A stretch of DNA of 64,000 bases from a virus, in IMG/VR virus record IMGVR_UViG_3300043436_002883, positions 1 to 64,000 of that record; one strand, written 5' to 3'. The translations under genes were made by a program, and so were the position numbers. The notes beneath the pieces are model-generated. The model had not been told where the DNA came from and searched no databases. It worked only from the letters and a program-made list of their open reading frames with translations. Below, piece after piece: positions 58,839 to 64,000 of this stretch (position 1 is the stretch's first letter; every line of letters begins with the position of its first letter).

Positions 58839-59339
58839 ATGTCTATTACTAAAGGAAAGTTTCCCTACGAAACAGATTTGCAGGTTAAATCATTATCAGT
58901 TTCTGATAACTGCGGTCTTTCTGGAATAACAACATTTTCTGGAGTAGTAAAGTTAAGTGGAACACTTGACAGCACATTGGGTAATATTCAGTTTATAGAT
59001 GGGGTACAGTCAAAACAAGGTACCCCGTCTATAACACCTATATATACTAAATTTTTTAATTACACATTAAGTAATTTAAATGAAAGAGATTCCATTATCG
59101 ATATGAGAATGACTGTTGCAAATACAGTAACCATTCCAGCAGATACGGTTATCAATTTCCCAGTTGGTACTACTCTTGATATTTTACAAACAGGAGCAGG
59201 ACAAACTACGGTTCAAGCAGGACCTGGTGTAGTATTAAACTTTACTCCAGGACAAAAGTTAAGATTTCAATGGTCAATTGCAACAATATTAAAAAGAGAT
59301 GCCAACACTTGGCTTTTGTTCGGAGACTTGACAGCGTAA
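58839..59339 (+). CDS. Tail fibre-associated protein
   Basis: FPVGT...QTGAGQ...WLLFGDL C-terminal module. Confidence 0.65.
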   Translation: MSITKGKFPYETDLQVKSLSVSDNCGLSGITTFSGVVKLSGTLDSTLGNIQFIDGVQSKQGTPSITPIYTKFFNYTLSNLNERDSIIDMRMTVANTVTIPADTVINFPVGTTLDILQTGAGQTTVQAGPGVVLNFTPGQKLRFQWSIATILKRDANTWLLFGDLTA

Positions 59340-59355
59340 GAAGGGTATTTAAAAA

Positions 59356-61020
59356 ATGGGTAAAAAGACGGGTAGAAAAGCGCAACTTTCTGGAGATTTT
59401 GAATATCCAGTACCACCAATAAATGTAGTTGCAACAGATGTAGGAACAAATAGACCATATAACAATGGGGCTATAAATATTACTTTTGAATACCCAACAG
59501 GCCAATTGCCTATTATAAATTACACTGCAAAGTTTACTCCTAATACTGGATCAGTAACTTATACAGATTTTTCTGCAACATCCCCAATTTTAATTACTGG
59601 AATACCTTCAGGACTAACTGGCTTTGTAACAGTAAATGCAACAAATGTAAATGGAACTTCTCAGGAGTCTACCGCAACCGCCCCTCTTTTAGTTACAACA
59701 GTTCCACAATCACCAAGAACAGTTACAGCAGTATCTAACACTACAGGTCCAGGCCATAGCACAGAAGGTACACAAACCACTACACCAGGACAACGTGGAC
59801 AAGATATTGTTTCATGGGGGCACCCAGCAACTGGTGGAAAAGATATATCAAAATATATAATTACATCTTCAGATTTAACTACACAGCCAGGCGGACTAGC
59901 ATCACCATATGAAGCTAATTTCCCAGCAACATCTATAGCAATTAGAGAGACTATGGCAAGTGCCCAGATATATACAGTAAAAGCAGTAAACGCAAATGGA
60001 ACTTCTTTAGGTTCTGCAACTGGTGAAGTTACAACATTCTTTTCACCACCAGCTTTTTTCTCCCCACCAAACTTCTTTGCGCCACCTAACTTTTTTGCGC
60101 CACCTAACTTTTTTGCGCCACCTAACTTTTTTGCTCCACCAAACTTCTTTGTGCCGCCAAACTTCTTTGCGCCACCACAATTCTTTGCGCCACCAAACTT
60201 CTTCGTGCCGCCACAGTTCTTTGCGCCACCACAGTTCTTTGTGCCACCACTATTTTTTACACCACCAAACTTCTTTACACCTCCACTATTCTTTAGCCCT
60301 CCAAGATTCTTTTCACCTCCAGGGTTCTTTAGCCCTCCAAGATTCTTTTCACCTCCAAGATTTTTTGCACCTCCAGGATTCTTTGGCCCTCCAAGATTCT
60401 TTGGCCCTCCAGGATTCTGTATACCAGCAGATACGGAGGTGCTTACTAAGGACGGATACAAAAAAGCAAAAGATATAAAGATAGATGATATTCTTTTAAC
60501 CGCTTATTTTGATAATTTGCCAGAACATTCTTCTAACTGTGCACAAGGATACATAAGCACAGACTGCATGATTCAAGTTGCTTCATGGAGAGATTCTAAT
60601 TTAATTAATCAAAAAACATTAGAGTCAAAGGTTACAAATATATTCAAGGAAACAAAATCATCAGTTGTAAGAATTAATAACAATCCTAAATATGATTTGT
60701 CATTAGTAGAACAACCTGTGATAAAAAGAGGCAATGAATATATGCTTCCAGAAGCAGCTAACCTAGAAATTGGCGATGAAATATTTAATTACGATAACCC
60801 TTCTGATCCAATAGTTGTTGAGTCCTTGGATCTTGTAGAAAAAGATACAGACGTATTTTTATTCTACAGAGAACCGTGGGGACTTCTTGTGGCAGGATCA
60901 ATGCTTGCATATAATGGATGCGAAACTTACAGCGAGATAGATCCAAATGATGTGGACCCTCATATTGCTGAAAATCCACACAATGAAGAAGAGTCGGACG
61001 CAGAATTTCAGGATAACTAA
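59356..61020 (+). CDS. FN3-like domains, (FFxPPx)21 repeat and C-terminal Hint (intein-like) domain
   Basis: TTVPQSP...YTVKAVNANGTS (FN3); CIPADTEVLT block-A-like start at 60418; ends LVAGSMLAYN at 60915. Confidence 0.8.
   Translation: MGKKTGRKAQLSGDFEYPVPPINVVATDVGTNRPYNNGAINITFEYPTGQLPIINYTAKFTPNTGSVTYTDFSATSPILITGIPSGLTGFVTVNATNVNGTSQESTATAPLLVTTVPQSPRTVTAVSNTTGPGHSTEGTQTTTPGQRGQDIVSWGHPATGGKDISKYIITSSDLTTQPGGLASPYEANFPATSIAIRETMASAQIYTVKAVNANGTSLGSATGEVTTFFSPPAFFSPPNFFAPPNFFAPPNFFAPPNFFAPPNFFVPPNFFAPPQFFAPPNFFVPPQFFAPPQFFVPPLFFTPPNFFTPPLFFSPPRFFSPPGFFSPPRFFSPPRFFAPPGFFGPPRFFGPPGFCIPADTEVLTKDGYKKAKDIKIDDILLTAYFDNLPEHSSNCAQGYISTDCMIQVASWRDSNLINQKTLESKVTNIFKETKSSVVRINNNPKYDLSLVEQPVIKRGNEYMLPEAANLEIGDEIFNYDNPSDPIVVESLDLVEKDTDVFLFYREPWGLLVAGSMLAYNGCETYSEIDPNDVDPHIAENPHNEEESDAEFQDN
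60037..60414 (+). repeat. 18-bp coding tandem repeat, 21 units of FFxPPx
   Basis: Counted from the translation; FF and PP invariant while codons have diverged. Confidence 0.97.
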
Positions 61021-61058
61021 TCCTTGACTATATTACGCAAAAATGCTATTCTTTAATA

Positions 61059-61682
61059 ATGATATACAACAAAAAACAGTTGTACCCTGGGATATGGGTA
61101 TATCCTAATTCTTTTCCAAAAGAACTTGATTTAATTAATCGTATTGAAGATTGCGTATCCAGCAAAGAAACTGACTGGAATAGTGCAACTGTTTGTTTAG
61201 AAGAGACAGATAAAACATACAGGGATGCATGGGACTTTAAGATCTCTGCTCTTGGAAAATCTCACCCACTTTACAAAGATATTTATAATTGCCAAAAAGA
61301 TGCAGTTGAAGATTTTTGCAATATGTATTCAATTAAAATGGATTTTTGGGAATGGACTAATGTAGTTAAATATTACCCTAATCAATTTTTTCAAGAGCAT
61401 GCAGATGACGGGTGGTCATATAAATGTGCCGTATCTTTAGTCGGATATCCAAATGATGGTTATACTGGCGGTGGGCTATATTTTCCTAAATTTAATTTAC
61501 ATATAACACCAGAGATAGGGGATTTAGTTATATTTCCTTCCTCTTTTATATATTCTCACGTAGCTCTTCCAGTTGAGTCAGGAGTCAAGTATTCTTTTGT
61601 TACCATGCTAGACTACAATGATGATGCCCATACCGAAGAATATGATAGAATGATAGATAACAAACACAAGGGGAAAAAATAA
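61059..61682 (+). CDS. 2OG-Fe(II) oxygenase, prolyl-4-hydroxylase-like
   Basis: HADD...GGGLYF...HVALPVESGVKY; TTGACT-N17-TATTCT-N6-ATG. Confidence 0.88.
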   Translation: MIYNKKQLYPGIWVYPNSFPKELDLINRIEDCVSSKETDWNSATVCLEETDKTYRDAWDFKISALGKSHPLYKDIYNCQKDAVEDFCNMYSIKMDFWEWTNVVKYYPNQFFQEHADDGWSYKCAVSLVGYPNDGYTGGGLYFPKFNLHITPEIGDLVIFPSSFIYSHVALPVESGVKYSFVTMLDYNDDAHTEEYDRMIDNKHKGKK

Positions 61683-61683
61683 T

Positions 61684-62424
61684 ATGCTTCCAAATGCAGA
61701 AACTATATATCCAGGAATTATTGTATACAGAGACGTCTTTAAAAAAGAGTACAATCTGGCAGAAAGACTAGAAAAGGTTTTAGAAAAACAAGAAAGCAAG
61801 AAGCACTGGAACCTGGCTCAAACAGGCTTTGATACACTAAATACAGATTATCGTGATGCCTGGGATTTTAAAATTAAAGAAAATGACGGCGGATCCCTAA
61901 TGTATGGCAATGGAAATCATGTTCAGCAAGAAGATCTTACAGAGGATGAAATAGAGCTAAGACAGATATGGAGAGACTCAAAAGGAGTACAGCTTAACGC
62001 TGTAGCAGATTACATGAAAATGTTTCAGCTTCCACCCTTAAACTATTGGGAATCTTTTAACTTTATTAAGTATGCAAAAAATCAACACTTTAATGTCCAT
62101 TCAGATCACGGATATTCATATGTGTGTGTGCTTTCATCAGTAGGTTATATTAACGACGACTACGAAGGCGGAGAGTTGTTTTTCGATAAGCTTGGCTTAA
62201 AGATTAAACCTAAAGCTGGAGATCTATATCTTTTTCCTTCTTCTTATATTTATTCTCATGCAGCAATGCCAGTAAAATCTGGAACTAAATATGCAATTGT
62301 TACAATGTTAGATTATCAAGAGGCTCCACACACACCTCTTTATAGAGAAATAGAGGCAGGCTATGAATATAACCATTTTACCGAAGGTAAAAAATTTATC
62401 CCAGCAGAACAAAGGGATAATTAA
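61684..62424 (+). CDS. 2OG-Fe(II) oxygenase, prolyl-4-hydroxylase-like
   Basis: HSD...YEGGELFF...HAAMPVKSGTKY. Confidence 0.88.
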   Translation: MLPNAETIYPGIIVYRDVFKKEYNLAERLEKVLEKQESKKHWNLAQTGFDTLNTDYRDAWDFKIKENDGGSLMYGNGNHVQQEDLTEDEIELRQIWRDSKGVQLNAVADYMKMFQLPPLNYWESFNFIKYAKNQHFNVHSDHGYSYVCVLSSVGYINDDYEGGELFFDKLGLKIKPKAGDLYLFPSSYIYSHAAMPVKSGTKYAIVTMLDYQEAPHTPLYREIEAGYEYNHFTEGKKFIPAEQRDN

Positions 62425-63138
62425 TTGATTAAGGTAACAGCATATGATAATTTGCAAGATACAGCTAACATAGAGCCACTCTCTGCAAAAAGAGATTGGA
62501 TGGACCAGACGGAGCATAATCATGCATACAGGTGCTTTCCACTAACTCTAGCAAATCAATTAGGCTGGGGAATATCTTTTCCAGAAGATATAACTTTTAT
62601 GTGGGATGGAGTAACAAGTACCTATCCACATAATGTTCAGGTTTTACAAGGACAAAAATACTGCGAAACTGGTAGAGGTCACTCAACAATTAATTTTAAA
62701 ACAAATCTAACTTTTGAAACAGAAAGTAATTACACATTGCTATCTTTCCCAGTTCCAAATATGTTTGTTGATGGAGCCCAGGCCGTAACAAGCTTACTAA
62801 CAACATCTTTTTTTGGTAGCCCATTGCCAGTTGCATGGAAGATTACAAAGCCATACGTTCCAATCACAATCAAAGCTGGACAACCAGTAATTGCAATTTT
62901 GCCAATATCTTTAACAGAGCTAAACAACTCTACTCTTGAAGTAAAGGATATAAGGCATATGCCACAGCCACACTTTGAGAATGTTCCAACTTATGAAGGA
63001 GCAGTTGCTGCAGCTAAAGAGGCGGCAGAAAAACAAATTTGGACAGACTACTATAGAGATGCCACAGACTATCTAGGAAATAAACTAGGATCTCATGAAG
63101 TAAAATCAATTAAGCTGAAAGTCAATAAATACAAATGA
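62425..63138 (+). CDS. DUF6065-like protein
   Basis: RDWMD...HAYRCFPLTLANQLGW. Confidence 0.65.
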   Translation: MIKVTAYDNLQDTANIEPLSAKRDWMDQTEHNHAYRCFPLTLANQLGWGISFPEDITFMWDGVTSTYPHNVQVLQGQKYCETGRGHSTINFKTNLTFETESNYTLLSFPVPNMFVDGAQAVTSLLTTSFFGSPLPVAWKITKPYVPITIKAGQPVIAILPISLTELNNSTLEVKDIRHMPQPHFENVPTYEGAVAAAKEAAEKQIWTDYYRDATDYLGNKLGSHEVKSIKLKVNKYK

Positions 63139-63845
63139 AAATTGTTTTTAATTCAAATAGACACTATAACAATAAAGATCTTGTTCCAAGCCCTACAAAA
63201 AATGTTATGCCAGGATGGTTTAAGAATGCTAGCAAGTACTGGAAAGATTTTGAAGGAAATGATGTAGTCGGTCCTCCAGACAATCAAAGAGGCCCAGGCT
63301 TTAAAGCCTGTCCAGCCTTACATGATATTTTTACGACAGGATATATGCTTACAACACCATGCGACATTAATGTTTTTATAAAAGACGGATACACATTAGT
63401 GCAAGCAGAGCCAGGATTTGATGACTTTGTTTCAATTCGTTCGCACATGGGAGAATTTCATTATCCAGAAGGATATTATAAATTTGTTTATCACTGGTAT
63501 CCAAATTGGGGATTTACCCTTCCAGAAGGGTATAGCGCTTTAGTTGTACAGCCTATTAATAATTTTGAGCTGCCTTTTTTAACGGTAGGCGGTATAATTG
63601 ATAGTGATAGGTATGCCCCGCCAGGGCTAATGCCATTTTTTATTAGAGATGGCTTTAAAGGAATTATTCCAAAAGGAACTCCCTATGCACAAATAATTCC
63701 AATCAAAAGAGAAGAATGGAAATCAGAGTTTAATTTGTATACGTATCAAGAAATGCAAAAAAGACACAATGACCATGTGGCCATATATAGAGCAAATACT
63801 GGAGTATATAAAAAAAATACCTGGGTACCCAAGAAATATGAATAG
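63135..63845 (+). CDS. Hypothetical protein typical of oxygenase clusters
   Basis: KACPA..D...GY; GIIDSD; KGTPYAQIIPIKRE. Confidence 0.6.
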   Translation: MKIVFNSNRHYNNKDLVPSPTKNVMPGWFKNASKYWKDFEGNDVVGPPDNQRGPGFKACPALHDIFTTGYMLTTPCDINVFIKDGYTLVQAEPGFDDFVSIRSHMGEFHYPEGYYKFVYHWYPNWGFTLPEGYSALVVQPINNFELPFLTVGGIIDSDRYAPPGLMPFFIRDGFKGIIPKGTPYAQIIPIKREEWKSEFNLYTYQEMQKRHNDHVAIYRANTGVYKKNTWVPKKYE

Positions 63846-63854
63846 GAAAAATAA

Positions 63855-64000
63855 ATGGAAAACACTGTAGAGAACCCTTCGGATATTAGAAAGCACAGAA
63901 CATCAATCACGCCTTCTGGTTATTTTGGCAATGGTAAAGAAAACATTGTTGAAATAGAGAACTTGTTAACGGAAGAAGAAAACGAATACCTTTTAAATTT
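63855..64000 (+). CDS. Truncated ORF, probably another oxygenase
   Basis: NIVEIENLLTEEE resembles the N-termini of the other oxygenases; runs off the window. Confidence 0.45.
   Translation, partial: MENTVENPSDIRKHRTSITPSGYFGNGKENIVEIENLLTEEENEYLLN

Noticed and set aside
59661-60478. Antisense GGxKxx ORF and shifted-frame ORF over the FFxPPx repeat
   Set aside because: Open only because the repeat lacks stops; synonymous variation fits the annotated + frame
1-64000. Alternative genetic code, or prophage/host boundary
   Set aside because: Known genes are intact in code 11 and end in TAA, TAG and TGA; no integrase, att-like junction or host housekeeping block seen

Overview
This window is 64 kb of a large, AT-rich tailed dsDNA phage, most likely infecting an actinobacterium (WhiB, Lsr2-like peptide, many leaderless genes, actinobacterial promoter motifs); a freshwater acI-like host is only an inference. 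1-27.7 kb (mostly +) carries PduO, a Cas4-like nuclease, RuvC, terminase, glycan-tailoring enzymes, 3 tRNAs, Hsp20, a holin/CHAP lysis cassette, WhiB, proteases and thioredoxin. 27.9-41.9 kb (-) is a block of many very small, often acidic genes plus tRNA-Asp. 42-64 kb carries an HNH nuclease, transglycosylase, GT4, class II RNR, tail fibres, an FN3-(FFxPPx)21-Hint protein and a run of 2OG-Fe(II) oxygenases. The main finding is non-coding. The minus-strand small-gene block has 15 copies of TGTCAG-N10-TANNNT, matching the actinobacterial PafBC-activated (RecA-NDp) DNA-damage promoter. These sit in modular cassettes with CRP-type palindromes in helical phase, paired DnaA boxes, GACAC (WhiA-like) boxes and two unassigned motifs. 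The same block encodes a candidate sRNA complementary to the leaders of those genes, and a 27-nt pseudoknot recurs three times with covariation. All calls were made by eye, without database searches.
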